Shown here: positions 10,905 to 22,830 of the stretch, in pieces
How the letters are laid out: the number at the start of each line of letters is the position of its first letter
Numbering within the stretch: the stretch's first letter is position 1
Assembly: GCA_029261595.1 (NCBI GenBank)
Contig: JAJDAZ010000001.1
Span: forward strand, 23-64,022
Reading direction: 5' to 3'
Origin: Nitrospinaceae bacterium
GTDB lineage: Bacteria > Nitrospinota > Nitrospinia > Nitrospinales > VA-1
DNA length: 64,000 nt
The notes under the pieces: model-generated
What the model saw: the letters and a program-made list of their open reading frames with translations, nothing else
Told to the model about the DNA's origin: nothing
Database searches by the model: none
Made by a program: the position numbers and the translations under genes

Positions 10905-12164
10905 ATGAGCCAAATGAATATTGAAGAACTAAAGGCAAAAACCATCTCCGAACTCACCAATATTGCCAAGGACCTGAAAATCCAGGGCCACAGCGGCTTG
11001 CGCAAGCAGGACCTGATTTTCAAAATCCTGGAGGCCAAGACGGAAAAGGACGGTTTGATGTTTGGCCAGGGGGTCCTCGAGATTCTCCCGGACGGATTTG
11101 GGTTTCTCAGGGCGCCGACCTACAACTATCTCCCAGGCCCGGATGACATATATGTTTCTCCCTCGCAAATTCGCAAATTCGACATGCGCACCGGGGACAC
11201 CATTTCCGGGCAGATTCGACCTCCCAAGGACAGCGAGCGGTATTTCGCCCTGTTGAAGGTCGAAGCCATCAATTTTGAAAATCCTGAAAAAACCAAAGAC
11301 AAAATTCTATTCGACAACCTGACGCCGCTTTACCCGGAAGAAAGGCTGCGTCTGGAAACGCCGAACTGCAAAGATTACAGCGCCCGTGTCATGGACCTCA
11401 TGACTCCGATCGGCAAAGGCCAGCGTGGATTGATCGTGGCCCCGCCCCGTACCGGTAAGACGATGCTTCTGCAATCGGTCGCTAACAGTATCAGCACCAA
11501 TTTCCCCGAAGTTGTCCTGATGGTTTTGCTGATCGACGAGCGCCCGGAGGAAGTGACCGATATGGAACGGTCCGTTAAAGGGGAAGTCATCAGTTCCACT
11601 TTCGACGAACCGGCCCAGCGCCATGTTCAGGTGGCCGAAATGGTGATCGAAAAAGCCAAACGGCTGGTCGAACATAAAAAAGACGTAGTGATTCTACTCG
11701 ACAGTATCACGCGCCTGGCCCGCGCTTATAACGCCATTGTGCCGCCCAGCGGCAAAGTTCTTTCCGGTGGTGTGGATTCCAACGCTCTGCAAAGGCCCAA
11801 ACGATTTTTCGGTGCGGCGCGGAATCTGGAAGAAGGCGGAAGTTTGACCATTATCGCCACAGCGTTGATCGATACCGGAAGCCGGATGGACGACGTGATC
11901 TTCGAGGAATTCAAGGGAACCGGTAACATGGAAATCGTTCTGGATCGTAAATTGGCCGATAAGAGGACATTTCCTTCCATCGATATCAACCGCTCCGGGA
12001 CCCGCAAAGAGGAGTTGCTCCTGCCGGAAGAGGATCTCCAGCGCGTCTGGTTGCTGAGAAAAGTTTTACTGCCGATGGGAATTCATGATAGTATGGACCT
12101 CCTCTTGCAAAAGATTAAAGAAAATAAAACAAACGCCGAATTTTTGGCCGCCATGAACACTTGA
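10905..12164 (+). CDS. rho: Transcription termination factor Rho
   Basis: Rho N-terminal domain ([16 protein letters not shown]), a CSD-like RNA-binding domain (GFGFLR), Walker A PPRTGKT and the RecA-type ATPase core. It is preceded by about 320 nt of leader. Confidence 0.95.
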   Translation: MSQMNIEELKAKTISELTNIAKDLKIQGHSGLRKQDLIFKILEAKTEKDGLMFGQGVLEILPDGFGFLRAPTYNYLPGPDDIYVSPSQIRKFDMRTGDTISGQIRPPKDSERYFALLKVEAINFENPEKTKDKILFDNLTPLYPEERLRLETPNCKDYSARVMDLMTPIGKGQRGLIVAPPRTGKTMLLQSVANSISTNFPEVVLMVLLIDERPEEVTDMERSVKGEVISSTFDEPAQRHVQVAEMVIEKAKRLVEHKKDVVILLDSITRLARAYNAIVPPSGKVLSGGVDSNALQRPKRFFGAARNLEEGGSLTIIATALIDTGSRMDDVIFEEFKGTGNMEIVLDRKLADKRTFPSIDINRSGTRKEELLLPEEDLQRVWLLRKVLLPMGIHDSMDLLLQKIKENKTNAEFLAAMNT

Positions 12165-12184
12165 TGATTGAGGACTGACGCATT

Positions 12185-12421
12185 ATGAAACAGGGAATCC
12201 ATCCTGAATACCATGAAACCATGATCCGTTGCGCCTGTGGGCACGAAGTCAATATAGGCTCCACGGTGAAGGATTTGCATCTTGAAATATGCTCGAATTG
12301 CCACCCGTTTTATACCGGCAAACAAAAACTGCTGGACACGGCAGGACGCATTGAGAAGTTCAACCGGAAATACGGCAAGAAAAAATCCGAAAGCGATCCC
12401 GAACCCGCAACTCCCAATTAG
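12185..12421 (+). CDS. rpmE: 50S ribosomal protein L31
   Basis: MKQGIHPEY start and the CxCG...[10 protein letters not shown] zinc motif. Confidence 0.93.
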   Translation: MKQGIHPEYHETMIRCACGHEVNIGSTVKDLHLEICSNCHPFYTGKQKLLDTAGRIEKFNRKYGKKKSESDPEPATPN

Positions 12422-12441
12422 CTTCATTCCCCACCCATCAC

Positions 12442-12472
12442 GCTTTATGCCCTTATGATTGAGGCATAAAGC
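12442..12472 (+). terminator. Perfect 10-bp stem hairpin between rpmE and prfA
   Basis: GCTTTATGCC (12442-12451) pairs with GGCATAAAGC (12463-12472) around an 11-nt loop. The trailing T-tract is weak, so this could be a terminator, an attenuator or an RNA processing site. Confidence 0.35.
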
Positions 12473-12531
12473 TTCCTGGAAAATATCAGTCAAACCAGCA
12501 TCCGCCGAGCCTCCTTCTGTGAGGCAGACCC

Positions 12532-13638
12532 ATGATCGAAAAACTAGACTCCATTGAACAACGTTACGATAAACTCAACGGACTGCTGAGCGATCCCGGA
12601 ATCATCGCCCAACAATCGGAATACCAGAGGTATGCCCGCGAGCAATCCGAGCTTGCCCCGATCGTGGCCAGTATCAAGGAATTGAAAACGATTGTCCGGC
12701 ACACAGAAGAAAATAAAACCATTCTGGCGGAAGAATCCGATGCCGAACTTTTGGCGATGGCCAAAGAGGAGCTGGAAGCGTTGGCAGCAAACCGCGAAAC
12801 GGTTGAGGATCAATTAAAAAAGCTGTTGCTGCCCAAGGACCCACGCGACGAAAAAAGCGTCATCATGGAAATTCGCGCCGGCACCGGAGGGGAAGAAGCC
12901 GCCCTGTTTGCCGCGAATCTGTTTCGCATGTATTCCAGGCACGCGGAAGCGCATAAGTGGAAAACGGAAATTCTCAGCACCAATGTCACCGGCAAAGGCG
13001 GATTCAAGGAAATCATCCTCAACATCAGCGGCAAAGGCGTGTTCAGCCGGTTGAAGTTTGAAAGCGGAACGCATCGCGTGCAGAGAGTCCCCGAAACCGA
13101 AACTCAGGGGCGGGTTCACACATCGGCTGTGACGGTGGCCATCATGCCGGAAGCGGAAGATGTGGATATCAACATCAATACGGCGGATTTAAAATTCGAT
13201 GTGTTCAGGGCTTCCGGGCCCGGCGGTCAGAGCGTCAACACCACCGACTCTGCGGTGCGCATCACGTACGTTCCGACCGGGCTCGTGGTGACTTGCCAAG
13301 ACGAAAAATCGCAACACAAAAACAAAGAAAAGGCGATGAAAGTTCTGCGCGCCCGCCTGTACGATGAAATTCAGCAAAAGCAACACGATGAAATGGCTAA
13401 AGAGCGGAAACAGCAGGTGGGGTCCGGCGACCGCAGTGGACGCATCCGCACCTACAATTTTTCCCAGGAGCGGGTGACCGACCATCGCATCGGATTGACC
13501 CTGCACAAGCTCACCCAGATCCTTGAGGGGGACCTCGACCACATCATCGACGAGCTCACTCTCCATTATCAGGCCGAAGCTCTCAAGAACAATATCGACG
13601 ATATGGAGAAAGAAAAGCAGGCAAAAACCATCGCCTGA
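12532..13638 (+). CDS. prfA: Peptide chain release factor 1
   Basis: GGQ motif (SGPGGQSVN) and an RF1-type codon-recognition loop ([13 protein letters not shown]). Confidence 0.95.
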   Translation: MIEKLDSIEQRYDKLNGLLSDPGIIAQQSEYQRYAREQSELAPIVASIKELKTIVRHTEENKTILAEESDAELLAMAKEELEALAANRETVEDQLKKLLLPKDPRDEKSVIMEIRAGTGGEEAALFAANLFRMYSRHAEAHKWKTEILSTNVTGKGGFKEIILNISGKGVFSRLKFESGTHRVQRVPETETQGRVHTSAVTVAIMPEAEDVDININTADLKFDVFRASGPGGQSVNTTDSAVRITYVPTGLVVTCQDEKSQHKNKEKAMKVLRARLYDEIQQKQHDEMAKERKQQVGSGDRSGRIRTYNFSQERVTDHRIGLTLHKLTQILEGDLDHIIDELTLHYQAEALKNNIDDMEKEKQAKTIA

Positions 13639-13693
13639 CTGTAAATAAACGAAGCGTAAAGCAACTTTCCTCAGTCCCAAGGTATTTTGAAGA

Positions 13694-14572
13694 ATGACCT
13701 GGACATCCACATCATCGTTTTTAACATGGTCCGCCAAACGCCTCACCCAGGCCGGCATCGAATCCCCGCGTCTTGAATCGGAAGTTCTTCTCGCACGGGG
13801 GTTGCACCTGAGCCGAGAAGACCTGTACCGGAACCCGGACCGTAAACTGGACGAAGAAGAGATTGCCGTTTCAAAAGGTTTTGTGGAGCGGCGTTTTCTT
13901 CGGGAACCTGTGGCCTATATTCTGGGTCGCCGCGAATTCTGGGGGCTGGATTTTCAGGTCACCCCCGATGTTCTGGTGCCCCGATGGGAAACCGAAATCC
14001 TGATCGAACAGTTTTTGAAATGGGCGCGATCCGAATCATTTTCTCTGCCGATGGAAATTCTGGATATGGGAACGGGTTCCGGCAATATAGCCATCGTGGC
14101 GGCCAGGGAACTGCCTAAAAGCCGGTTGACCGCGGTTGATATTTCACCCGACGCTCTGGCCATCGCCGAGACCAATGCCTGGGTGCATGGAGTGGCCGAT
14201 CGGGTCCGCTTTGTTGAAGGCGATTTGTTTGATTGCCATTTAGATGGTTCGTTTCACGCGATCCTGTCCAACCCCCCTTACCTGGAAGAAGAAGGGAAGG
14301 ATTCCCTGATGCCGGACGTGAAAAACTACGAGCCGGGGCAGGCATTGTTCTCAGGCCCGGACGGGCTATCCCATTACAAGCGGATCATTCCCGACGCCTG
14401 GCGACATCTCAAAGAAAACGGTGCTTTATTTCTGGAAATCGGCAACGGCCAGGCCAGGGATGTGTTGTCTCTTCTTGAAAGCCACGGCGGCTATCGCACA
14501 GCGGAGGTGACTATGGATTATATGGGAATGGAGCGGGTGGTTTCAGCGCAAAAGAAAAATACCCATGGATAA
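13694..14572 (+). CDS. prmC: Release factor glutamine-N5 methyltransferase (HemK/PrmC)
   Basis: SAM motif [10 protein letters not shown] and catalytic NPPY. Synteny with prfA supports the call. Confidence 0.9.
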   Translation: MTWTSTSSFLTWSAKRLTQAGIESPRLESEVLLARGLHLSREDLYRNPDRKLDEEEIAVSKGFVERRFLREPVAYILGRREFWGLDFQVTPDVLVPRWETEILIEQFLKWARSESFSLPMEILDMGTGSGNIAIVAARELPKSRLTAVDISPDALAIAETNAWVHGVADRVRFVEGDLFDCHLDGSFHAILSNPPYLEEEGKDSLMPDVKNYEPGQALFSGPDGLSHYKRIIPDAWRHLKENGALFLEIGNGQARDVLSLLESHGGYRTAEVTMDYMGMERVVSAQKKNTHG

Positions 14573-15821
14573 ACTAATCATCGAAGGCGGGCAACCACTC
14601 AAGGGAACGGTGGGCATCAGCGGGGCGAAAAACGCGGTCCTGCCCATTCTGGCGGCTACCCTGTTGACCTCGGGCAAAAATATAATCAGCGGCGTACCCA
14701 GGGTGCGCGATGTGTTCACCATGATCCGCCTCTTGAGCGAGCTTGGCGCAAAGCTTGAGAGCTTTGAAGGCGACACCATCGTCATCGACACCTCGAAAGT
14801 GAACCATTCGGAAGCGCCTTATGACCTGGTCTCGACCATGCGGGCCTCCTGTCTGGTCCTCGGCCCGCTATTGGCTCGTCTGGGCCAGGCCAAAGTTTCT
14901 CTGCCCGGCGGTTGCGCCATCGGAGCCCGTCCCATGGACCTGCACATAAAAGGTCTGGAAGCGATGGGGGCCAGGATCGAACTCGTCCAGGGTTATATTC
15001 AGGGAGCGGCTGAAAAAGGACTTAATGGAAATCGTATTTATTTCGATACAGTAACAGTTACGGGAACCGCTAACCTGATGATGGCCGCGGCGCTTGCTGA
15101 CGGGGAAACGATTTTGGAAAATGCCGCCCGGGAGCCGGAAATCATTTTTCTGGCGGATGTCCTGGGCCAGGCCGGTGCAAAAATCGCAGGCCAGGGATCG
15201 GACGTCATCATCATTCAAGGGGCCGCCGCGTTGAAGCCCATTGAATGCCGGATTTTTCCCGACCGGATCGAAGCCGGAACTTTTTTGATAGCCGCCGCCA
15301 TCACAGGAGGGGATGTGGAGATCACCCATTGCGTCCCCCAGCATCTGGAGGCTCTCATTCACAAACTTCAGGAAGCGGGCATTCATGTGGAAGCCGGAGA
15401 CGGCACCCTCAGGGTCAAAGGCGGAAATGGTTTTAAATCGGTCAACGTCAAAACCCAGCCTCACCCAGGATTCCCGACCGACCTTCAGGCGCAGACCATG
15501 GCGCTGATGACAGTGGCCGAGGGGCAGAGTATCATTGTGGAAAATGTGTTTGAAAACCGGTTCATGCACGCGGCGGAACTTTCGCGCATGGGAGCCGATA
15601 TTGTCCTGGATGGACACACCGCCATTGTCAAAGGCGTCGCCGAGTTGTCGGGAGCCCCCTTGATGGCGACCGACCTGCGCGCCAGCGCCTCTCTGGTATT
15701 GGCGGCTTTAGCCGCAAAAGGGGAGTCGGTGATATCCCGCGTGTATCATATCGATCGAGGATACGAAGGAATTGAAAAAAAACTGGTCAAACTGGGAGCA
15801 AAGATTCGCCGCATCAAATGA
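14565..15821 (+). CDS. murA: UDP-N-acetylglucosamine 1-carboxyvinyltransferase
   Basis: An N-terminus typical of MurA ([24 protein letters not shown]) and an active-site Cys loop ([11 protein letters not shown]). It overlaps the prmC stop by 8 nt. Confidence 0.95.
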   Translation: MDKLIIEGGQPLKGTVGISGAKNAVLPILAATLLTSGKNIISGVPRVRDVFTMIRLLSELGAKLESFEGDTIVIDTSKVNHSEAPYDLVSTMRASCLVLGPLLARLGQAKVSLPGGCAIGARPMDLHIKGLEAMGARIELVQGYIQGAAEKGLNGNRIYFDTVTVTGTANLMMAAALADGETILENAAREPEIIFLADVLGQAGAKIAGQGSDVIIIQGAAALKPIECRIFPDRIEAGTFLIAAAITGGDVEITHCVPQHLEALIHKLQEAGIHVEAGDGTLRVKGGNGFKSVNVKTQPHPGFPTDLQAQTMALMTVAEGQSIIVENVFENRFMHAAELSRMGADIVLDGHTAIVKGVAELSGAPLMATDLRASASLVLAALAAKGESVISRVYHIDRGYEGIEKKLVKLGAKIRRIK

Positions 15822-15870
15822 TTCTATCGCCGGAAATTCATGATTAATCCTTAAAAAGGTCAATGACCCG

Positions 15871-16980
15871 ATGGATGAGTCAGAGGAAACGCCACTACAC
15901 GATAAAGATTTCCATAACATCCTGCTTTGGATGCCGAATTGGATCGGCGATGTGATCCTGGCCATGCCGGCTTTATCGGCCTTGCGCGAAAAATTTCCAC
16001 ATTCCCGAATAACCGCCCTGGCAAAGTTTCCAGCGGACCAACTGCTTTTGGCTCACCCCGCAGTGGACACGGTGATGCAGGTTCCGTCCGGTCCGGAGAA
16101 AGGTTTTCTGGCCGAATGGCGGTTGGCGCGAAAACTCAGAAAATATCAATTCGACCTGGGAATCGTTTTTCCCAATTCGATTCACAGCGCCCTGTTGTTG
16201 TCCTTGTCCGGCGCTAAAATCAGGTTGGGGTACAACACCGAAGGCCGGGAATTATTTCTGACCCATCCGAGGAAGGTCACCGCGCTTGCCAAGCGGACCG
16301 AATATCGAGTCGATTATTTTTTCAACCTTCTTTCCCCTCTCCAGCTGGACCCGGACGACCGAAAATTCAGGCCCTTGAAAAAAAATCACGAAGACCAGAA
16401 AGTCGAAGAATTCCTGGATAAAATCGACTGGCGGGAAAATCAGTTCTTGATCGCCCTGCACCCCGGAACCTCCAAACCACAAAGGGGCTGGCATGTGGAG
16501 CGGTTCGGTATTTTATGCCAGAAACTGGCCAAGGAATACCCGGTCAAAATCGTGGTCCTCGGACAGGAAAAGGAGGCGGACCTACTGGCGCAGATACGCC
16601 GGTTTGCCCCCGACCATGTGGTTTCTCTACCGCCGAATATGGATCTTAGGGAAGTTGCGGTTCTCCTCCAAAAGAGTCATTTGTTCATCGGCAACGACAG
16701 CGGCATGATGCATCTCGCCAGCATGGTCAACACGCCGGTGGTGGCCATATTCGGCCCTGGAAGCCCGCTCACCAGCGGACCTTTCATGGATGCCGGGAAA
16801 GTCGAAATCGTGAGCAAAAACTTCGACTGCTCCCCCTGTCGGCAGAAGTTTTTTAAAGAGTGCAAACCCTCCCCGCACAACAAACCCTACTGTCTGGAAG
16901 ATATCAGCGTCAAGGACGTGGCCGAAGCGGTGGCCCGGATGCTAAAGAAAATAGAAGGTAAAAAAGCGGCCGGAGTCTGA
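15871..16980 (+). CDS. Glycosyltransferase family 9 (LPS heptosyltransferase-like)
   Basis: GT9 hallmarks are present: NWIGDVILAMPAL at the N-terminus and the GNDSGMMHLA nucleotide-sugar binding loop. Confidence 0.8.
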   Translation: MDESEETPLHDKDFHNILLWMPNWIGDVILAMPALSALREKFPHSRITALAKFPADQLLLAHPAVDTVMQVPSGPEKGFLAEWRLARKLRKYQFDLGIVFPNSIHSALLLSLSGAKIRLGYNTEGRELFLTHPRKVTALAKRTEYRVDYFFNLLSPLQLDPDDRKFRPLKKNHEDQKVEEFLDKIDWRENQFLIALHPGTSKPQRGWHVERFGILCQKLAKEYPVKIVVLGQEKEADLLAQIRRFAPDHVVSLPPNMDLREVAVLLQKSHLFIGNDSGMMHLASMVNTPVVAIFGPGSPLTSGPFMDAGKVEIVSKNFDCSPCRQKFFKECKPSPHNKPYCLEDISVKDVAEAVARMLKKIEGKKAAGV

Positions 16981-16994
16981 CCGGATAGCCCCTT

Positions 16995-18227
16995 TTAAAA
17001 AACCGGATCTTTCTCGTCTTTCACCTTCCGGCCCGCCGAATAAGTCGATTCGACGAAATTCTCGCCAAAGCAATAAAACAGATCACGGTGATCGTCGGTT
17101 TTGAGCACCATGAAATCCGCCCGTTGACCGGGCAGGAGCCCGCCAAAATCCTTGTGACTGTCCAGCGCGCGGGCCGACCCATAGGTTGCGGCAATGAGCG
17201 CCTGGGCGGGGGTGATGCGGTACATGGACTGGGCCAGACCCAGGACCGTCTGCATATTGCAGGACGGACTGCTTCCCGGATTGCAACCCGTCGCCAGGGC
17301 AATCGTCACCCCGGCTTCTATCAGGGCATGCACGGGCGGAATTTTTTTTCCTCCCAGAAAAAAGGTCGCCCCCGGCATGAGCACCGCCGTGGTCCCGGAT
17401 AGATACAGGGCCCGGATATCGTGCGGTGTGATGTGCTCCAGATGGTCGCAGGAAATAGCGCCCATGCGGGCGGCGTTGTAACATCCCCCCTGATGAGACA
17501 ATTGATCCACATGTGCCCGCAGTTGATGAAACCCCACCAGTTTGGCGTGCAGGAACAACCGGCGAAGATGGGCGGCGGTGAACACGCCCTTTTCGCAGAA
17601 AATGTCCACCCCATCCGCCAGGTTGCGAAATTCCGGCAGATGCTCCATCACAAATTCGAAATATTGATCGATTGTTTTTCCCTTGGGCGCCGCGTGAGCC
17701 CCCAGATAAGTGAGGGTGATGGGGACCCGCAGGTTTTTTCTGAGACGCTGGCCGACCCGCAGCATTTTTTTTTCGGTGTCCAGGTCGAGACCGTATCCGG
17801 ATTTGATTTCAAAGGCAGTGGTCCCAAGCGCCATCATGCGGCGCACCCGAAGACGCGCCCTGTCATATAATTCCTCCTCCGTGGCCTGCCGCGTGGCTTT
17901 GACCGTATTCAAAATGCCGCCGCCATTCTGGTGGATTTCCATGTAGGAAGCCCCCGCCATTCTAAGGTCCATTTCGTCCTTGCGGTCACCTGCGTGAATG
18001 AGGTGGGTGTGGCAATCCACCAATCCGGGGAGGACCGACCTGCCCTGTAAATCAATCACTTTGAAAAAATCCTGGCGGTGGACCTCGGATTCCCGGATCA
18101 CCCGGGTCACCCGTCCCTGGCTCACCAGCAAGGCGCACCGGGTTTTCCGGGCCAGTCTGGGAACGTCTCCACTCGATTGCATCTGGATCAATTCGCCAAT
18201 ATTTCTAAAACAGGTGACCTTCTCCAT
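16995..18227 (-). CDS. hutI: Imidazolonepropionase-like amidohydrolase
   Basis: Metal-dependent amidohydrolase motifs (GLVDCHTHL, HVDQL, ATGCNPGS). The overall HutI-like layout is 410 aa. No hutH or hutU lies nearby. Confidence 0.75.
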   Translation of the reverse strand: MEKVTCFRNIGELIQMQSSGDVPRLARKTRCALLVSQGRVTRVIRESEVHRQDFFKVIDLQGRSVLPGLVDCHTHLIHAGDRKDEMDLRMAGASYMEIHQNGGGILNTVKATRQATEEELYDRARLRVRRMMALGTTAFEIKSGYGLDLDTEKKMLRVGQRLRKNLRVPITLTYLGAHAAPKGKTIDQYFEFVMEHLPEFRNLADGVDIFCEKGVFTAAHLRRLFLHAKLVGFHQLRAHVDQLSHQGGCYNAARMGAISCDHLEHITPHDIRALYLSGTTAVLMPGATFFLGGKKIPPVHALIEAGVTIALATGCNPGSSPSCNMQTVLGLAQSMYRITPAQALIAATYGSARALDSHKDFGGLLPGQRADFMVLKTDDHRDLFYCFGENFVESTYSAGRKVKDEKDPVF

Positions 18228-18522
18228 TCAGACTCCTATCCTAAGGCATCTCTAAAAATGATTCCGGGCCATGAGCGGACCTTATGAAATAAGGTTCCGC
18301 GAGTTGCCTGACACAAAAATATTGAACTATTAGAGATACCCATAAAGTATCCAGCAACCTAATATCGCCCATGCTATGTTTATAAGTCCTGCCGGACCAT
18401 TTGTAAACAGTCGGCTTGACGATCCGGGCCCGTTCGTCGAAAGTCTTGTATGCCAACTCCTTATTTGGTATATTCTAGGATCGCCGAATTTGAAAAATTA
18501 TTCATTTTAAGGAGAATGCCCA

Positions 18523-18942
18523 ATGTCCGCTGCCGCCGAAGCTTTGAAAAAGGCTATGGAGCATGAGAAATTAGCTCTCGAAAGATACAAAGAGGCCATC
18601 AACTGTTCCACACACGACGAAACCAGGGAAACCCTGAAAAAGTATACGACCGAGAAAAATCAACAAATCGATGCTCTCCACTGGATGGTTCTCGCTGAAG
18701 CGGGACAATTGGAAACCGGTGAAGCCGGAGCCGAAACGCAGGAAACCGAAGCTCCAAAAGGCAACGCCAGTAAGTGTCCATTTTCCGGGGCCCTCAAGGA
18801 AGCCGGAATCGATATCACCAAAATGGGAGAAATGTCCCCCGATATGATGGAAAAGATGATGGGCGGCATGTCAAAGGAGGAAATGGCCAAATCAATGGGG
18901 CTCACTCCTGATACAAATAATGAGGAAAAAGCGGAGTCCTGA
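18523..18942 (+). CDS. Hypothetical protein with a helical N-terminus and a Met-rich C-terminal tail
   Basis: 139-aa ORF with an AGGAGA RBS upstream. The C-terminus reads MGEMSPDMMEKMMGGMSKEEMAKSMG. No family was recognised. Confidence 0.5.
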   Translation: MSAAAEALKKAMEHEKLALERYKEAINCSTHDETRETLKKYTTEKNQQIDALHWMVLAEAGQLETGEAGAETQETEAPKGNASKCPFSGALKEAGIDITKMGEMSPDMMEKMMGGMSKEEMAKSMGLTPDTNNEEKAES

Positions 18943-18975
18943 TACGACTCCGCCTGCCCTCCCAGGCCACATTCC

Positions 18976-19395
18976 ATGTCATCTCATAAAGCCATAGAAC
19001 TTCTCGTTACCTGTAGAAGTTGCTCCATTGAAAATTTGGTGGTTGATTATACGCCCGGCCTGTCGGCAGTGTGTAGTCAGTGTCGGGAAAAGTTGATCGA
19101 TATGGAGCTCATGGACTCCCACAAGGAAGTCGTCTGCGAGGATTGCGGGATGACCCTGCTCTTGCCCAGGGACACTGAAGTCACGAAGGGGGAATCGACC
19201 TGCCGGTGCGGAAGCTCAAACCTCGCCCTGAAGGATTCCCCATCCATCCCACTTCTCGCCGAAGAAGCGAAAGCCTCCAAAGGGCAAGAGGATGACGACC
19301 CGGTTGATGACGATTTCGACTGGTGTCGCCCGGCCTCCACGGATGGCATGTCGGAAGATTACAACGATGTATTTGATGATGACCCTGGATATTGA
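18976..19395 (+). CDS. Hypothetical Cys-rich (zinc-ribbon-like) protein with an acidic tail
   Basis: CxxC-type pairs (CRSC, CSQC, CEDC, CRC) followed by a D/E-rich C-terminus. Confidence 0.45.
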   Translation: MSSHKAIELLVTCRSCSIENLVVDYTPGLSAVCSQCREKLIDMELMDSHKEVVCEDCGMTLLLPRDTEVTKGESTCRCGSSNLALKDSPSIPLLAEEAKASKGQEDDDPVDDDFDWCRPASTDGMSEDYNDVFDDDPGY

Positions 19396-19829
19396 CTCTG
19401 TTTTCCTTCCCCCTCGTACCCTTTATAGACTCTTCAAGGTTTTCCCTATCAAGCATTCAATCGGATGGTAATTCTTTACCACAATCCGAAGTCCTCCAAA
19501 TGTACAGGAAAGAGCGCCTAAAGAGGCGTCTATTGGGTTGATTTCTAATTAAAACATAAAACTAGGTGTTTCCCGATATTCATGCTACTATAAGTATTCA
19601 TAATAAGGGTTGCTGATTCGCAGTGTACATAGATTCCTTCTAGTTTCTCGCCTAGGTAAGTTTACAAAAGCAATTTGGTCTACTGGACCAAAGGAAGTTT
19701 GGTTTTCTCTCCAAGTGGTTCTCTAAGAGTTCTTGCATCAATCCAATCCAATCCAATTTAAAAACTGGGAAGACATTATTCAGGTTTTCTGGAAGTGGGT
19801 TCCCGCACAATTGCAGGAGAATATTTATC

Positions 19830-20030
19830 ATGGCAGTAGGAACAGTAAAATGGTTTAACGAAGGCAAGGGTTTTGGGTTCATTGAATCCGAAAGTGGCAA
19901 AGATCTCTTTGTTCATTTCTCGGAAATTCAAGGGGACGGTTTTAAGACCCTTGCAGAGGGCCAGTCGGTCGAGTTTGAGGAAGGTATGGGCCAGAAAGGT
20001 CCTTGCGCCACCAAGGTGGTACCCAAATAA
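19830..20030 (+). CDS. Cold-shock protein (CspA family)
   Basis: [15 protein letters not shown] (RNP-1) and LFVHFSEI (RNP-2) in a 66-aa protein. The upstream non-coding leader of about 430 nt is typical for csp genes. Confidence 0.95.
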   Translation: MAVGTVKWFNEGKGFGFIESESGKDLFVHFSEIQGDGFKTLAEGQSVEFEEGMGQKGPCATKVVPK

Positions 20031-20100
20031 AAACCTCCGGACACCATCCGGCAGAAGGTTGACTCCGCCGGAGTCCACGAAGTTCCATATTTATTTTAAA

Positions 20101-20141
20101 GGGCTTGGCCATTTGGCTGAGCCCTTTTCCTTTCTTTTTTT
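20101..20141 (+). terminator. Rho-independent terminator of the csp gene
   Basis: GGGCTTGGCC-ATTT-GGCTGAGCCC forms a 10-bp stem including two G-U pairs. A T-rich tract (TTTTCCTTTCTTTTTTT) follows immediately. Confidence 0.75.
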
Positions 20142-20182
20142 GAATAAATCCCCTTACGCGTTAAAAAATTAAAAATCACTTT

Positions 20183-21673
20183 ATGCTTTCTCATTCGCTT
20201 TCATATATAAAACACAACTGGCTTGGCAATATACGAAATGATGTGCTTGCGGGCATCGTTGTCGCGCTGGCTCTTATTCCTGAAGCCATTGCTTTCTCTA
20301 TCATTGCCGGTGTTGACCCTAAGGTTGGATTGTATGCTTCATTTTGTATTGCGGTGGTCATTGCTTTTATTGGGGGTCGTTCCGGCATGATTTCCGCAGC
20401 CACCGGCGCCATGGCTCTTGTCATGGTCTTACTTGTGAAAGAGCATGGCCTTGAATATCTTCTTGCGGCAACCATCCTGACAGGCATTTTGCAAATTTTC
20501 GCGGGGTTTTTCAAGTTAGGCTCCCTGATGCGGTTTGTATCGCGTTCCGTGGTGACGGGATTTGTAAATGCACTGGCCATTCTCATTTTTATGGCGCAAC
20601 TGCCAGAATTCAAAGGTGCGGGCCTCCAAATGTACGGCATGGTGGCTCTGGGGCTGGCCATAATTTATATCTTTCCGCGCTTCACTAAAGCGGTGCCGTC
20701 CCCGCTGATCAGCATTGTGACACTCACCGCCATCAGTATGTATTTCGGCATGGATTTGCGCACCGTGGGTGATATGGGCGAACTTCCATCTACATTTCCG
20801 ATTTTCCTGCTACCCGATATTCCGCTCAATCTGGATACATTGCGGATTATTTTTCCCTACTCACTGACGTTGATGGCGGTCGGCTTGCTGGAGTCGCTCA
20901 TGACGGCAACTATTGTCGATGAGCTAACAGATACTGCCAGCAATAAAAATCGTGAATGTGCGGGACAAGGCATTGCCAATATTGTGGCCGGATTTTTCGG
21001 AGGCATGGCGGGCTGTGCCATGATCGGACAATCGGTTATCAATATTAAATCCGGGGGTCGTGGTCGCCTGTCGACACTTTCCGCCGGGCTATTTCTTTTG
21101 TTCCTGCTATTGGTTGTCGGGGATTGGGTCAGCCAGATCCCTATGGCCGCTCTCGTTGCCGTCATGATCATGGTATCGATTGGGACATTCAGTTGGTCGT
21201 CTTTTAAAAATCTGAAAACACATCCCAAAAGCTCCAGCCTTGTCATGATAACCACAGTCGTGGTCGTCGTGCTCACACATGATTTGGCCATTGGAGTATT
21301 TGTTGGCGTCTTGACGAGTGCGCTTTTTTTCGCCCGTAAAGTATCGCAATTCCTGAAAATTGAATCTCATTTATCTGAGGATAAAGAGAACCGCACCTAT
21401 AAGGTTTATGGACAGGTCTTTTTCGCGTCCGCTGAAATGTTTTTAAAGTCCTTCGATTTCAAGGAAGTCGTTCGACATGTCACGATTGATGTCAGCGCCG
21501 CTCATTTCTGGGACTTGTCCGCAGTCAGTGCGTTGGATAAAGTGGTCATGAAAATCCGTCGTGAAGGAACCGCAGTTGATCTGATTGGATTGAATGAAGC
21601 CAGTGCTACGCTTGTGGATCGTTTGGCGGTGTACGACAAGCCAAATGCGCTTGAACTCATGTTTAAACATTAG
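20183..21673 (+). CDS. SulP-family anion (sulfate/bicarbonate) permease with a C-terminal STAS domain
   Basis: 496-aa polytopic membrane protein with a SulP-like N-terminus ([31 protein letters not shown]) and a STAS-like C-terminus ([13 protein letters not shown]). Confidence 0.85.
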   Translation: MLSHSLSYIKHNWLGNIRNDVLAGIVVALALIPEAIAFSIIAGVDPKVGLYASFCIAVVIAFIGGRSGMISAATGAMALVMVLLVKEHGLEYLLAATILTGILQIFAGFFKLGSLMRFVSRSVVTGFVNALAILIFMAQLPEFKGAGLQMYGMVALGLAIIYIFPRFTKAVPSPLISIVTLTAISMYFGMDLRTVGDMGELPSTFPIFLLPDIPLNLDTLRIIFPYSLTLMAVGLLESLMTATIVDELTDTASNKNRECAGQGIANIVAGFFGGMAGCAMIGQSVINIKSGGRGRLSTLSAGLFLLFLLLVVGDWVSQIPMAALVAVMIMVSIGTFSWSSFKNLKTHPKSSSLVMITTVVVVVLTHDLAIGVFVGVLTSALFFARKVSQFLKIESHLSEDKENRTYKVYGQVFFASAEMFLKSFDFKEVVRHVTIDVSAAHFWDLSAVSALDKVVMKIRREGTAVDLIGLNEASATLVDRLAVYDKPNALELMFKH

Positions 21674-21684
21674 GGGCGGGAAGA

Positions 21685-22539
21685 ATGGCCAAATTATTAG
21701 TATGCATCGATGGATCGGTTTATGCAGATAACCTCTGTACCATAGCCGCCTGGTTTGCCAAACAAATGAATGCCGAAATTGATCTTCTTCATGTTTTGCG
21801 CCGCCCCTCAGACTATCAGGCGCCGACAGATCATACCGGCTTGATTGGTCTTGATGCGCGCAGTGACCTTCTGGAAGAATTAACCAGAGTGGATGAAGAG
21901 CGTGGCCGTTTGGATCAGGAAAAAGGAAAAATCATTCTAGAGCATGGCGCCAAAATTCTGAAAGAAGCAGGCGTCGAAACAATAGATCTTATCCATCGGC
22001 GCGGCAGTCTGGTTGAAACCATTCAAGAATTTGAAGACTCCGTTGAGATGATTTTCCTGGGCAAGCGGGGCGAACATGCGGACATGGGTTCTGTTTTTCT
22101 AGGCGCCAACTTGGAAAAGGTGGCCCGTGCGATCCACAAACCCCTCTTTATCGTGGCTTCCGTGGTACGCCCAATCAAACGTTTTCTGATTGCTTATGAT
22201 GGTAAAGACAGTGTACATAAAGCGATCGACTACATTTGCGACCGACCCTTGCTAACAAAAGAAGGGGAGTGTCACTTGCTGGTGGTTGAGCGTTCCAAAG
22301 GCGATATCAAAACGTCAGAAGCCGAGCAAAAATTACGCAAAGCCGGATTTACAGTCATACTCAAGGCGGAACAAAGCCATCATCCCGATGAGGTGATATC
22401 TTCTTACGTGATGCAAAATGAAATTGACCTCCTGATCACCGGTGCATACAGCCATTCCCGCATACACAGCCTGCTACTAGGGAGCACTACCGCGTCATTG
22501 ATCAAAGCCTGCAAGGTGCCGTTGTTATTATTCAGGTAA
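21685..22539 (+). CDS. Tandem universal stress protein (UspA) domain protein
   Basis: Two Usp-like halves (KLLVCIDGS..., RFLIAYDGKDS...). The C-terminus ends with the typical GSTTASLIKACKVPLLLF. Confidence 0.8.
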   Translation: MAKLLVCIDGSVYADNLCTIAAWFAKQMNAEIDLLHVLRRPSDYQAPTDHTGLIGLDARSDLLEELTRVDEERGRLDQEKGKIILEHGAKILKEAGVETIDLIHRRGSLVETIQEFEDSVEMIFLGKRGEHADMGSVFLGANLEKVARAIHKPLFIVASVVRPIKRFLIAYDGKDSVHKAIDYICDRPLLTKEGECHLLVVERSKGDIKTSEAEQKLRKAGFTVILKAEQSHHPDEVISSYVMQNEIDLLITGAYSHSRIHSLLLGSTTASLIKACKVPLLLFR

Positions 22540-22830
22540 CGTGTGGACGAAAGTCTCCGCCGGCAGGAAACTCCTCTCCTCTTAATAAGCAAAGGTAGAA
22601 CCCTCACCCCTGATTTTTCCCCTAAAACTCGATAAAATCCAATTTTTCAATGGTATTTCCTTGTAATTTACAAAGAATACCACTTATAATTATTGGTGCA
22701 GTTCGCGGCAAAACTTATTATTCGTGGCTGTCTCTTTCGTATTGTTACCAATCAGTTACTAAACCGTAATGGCAAGCGTCCGGTAAATACTTTATATTAT
22801 TAAGTAACTCAAATCCGTACGATCAATTTT

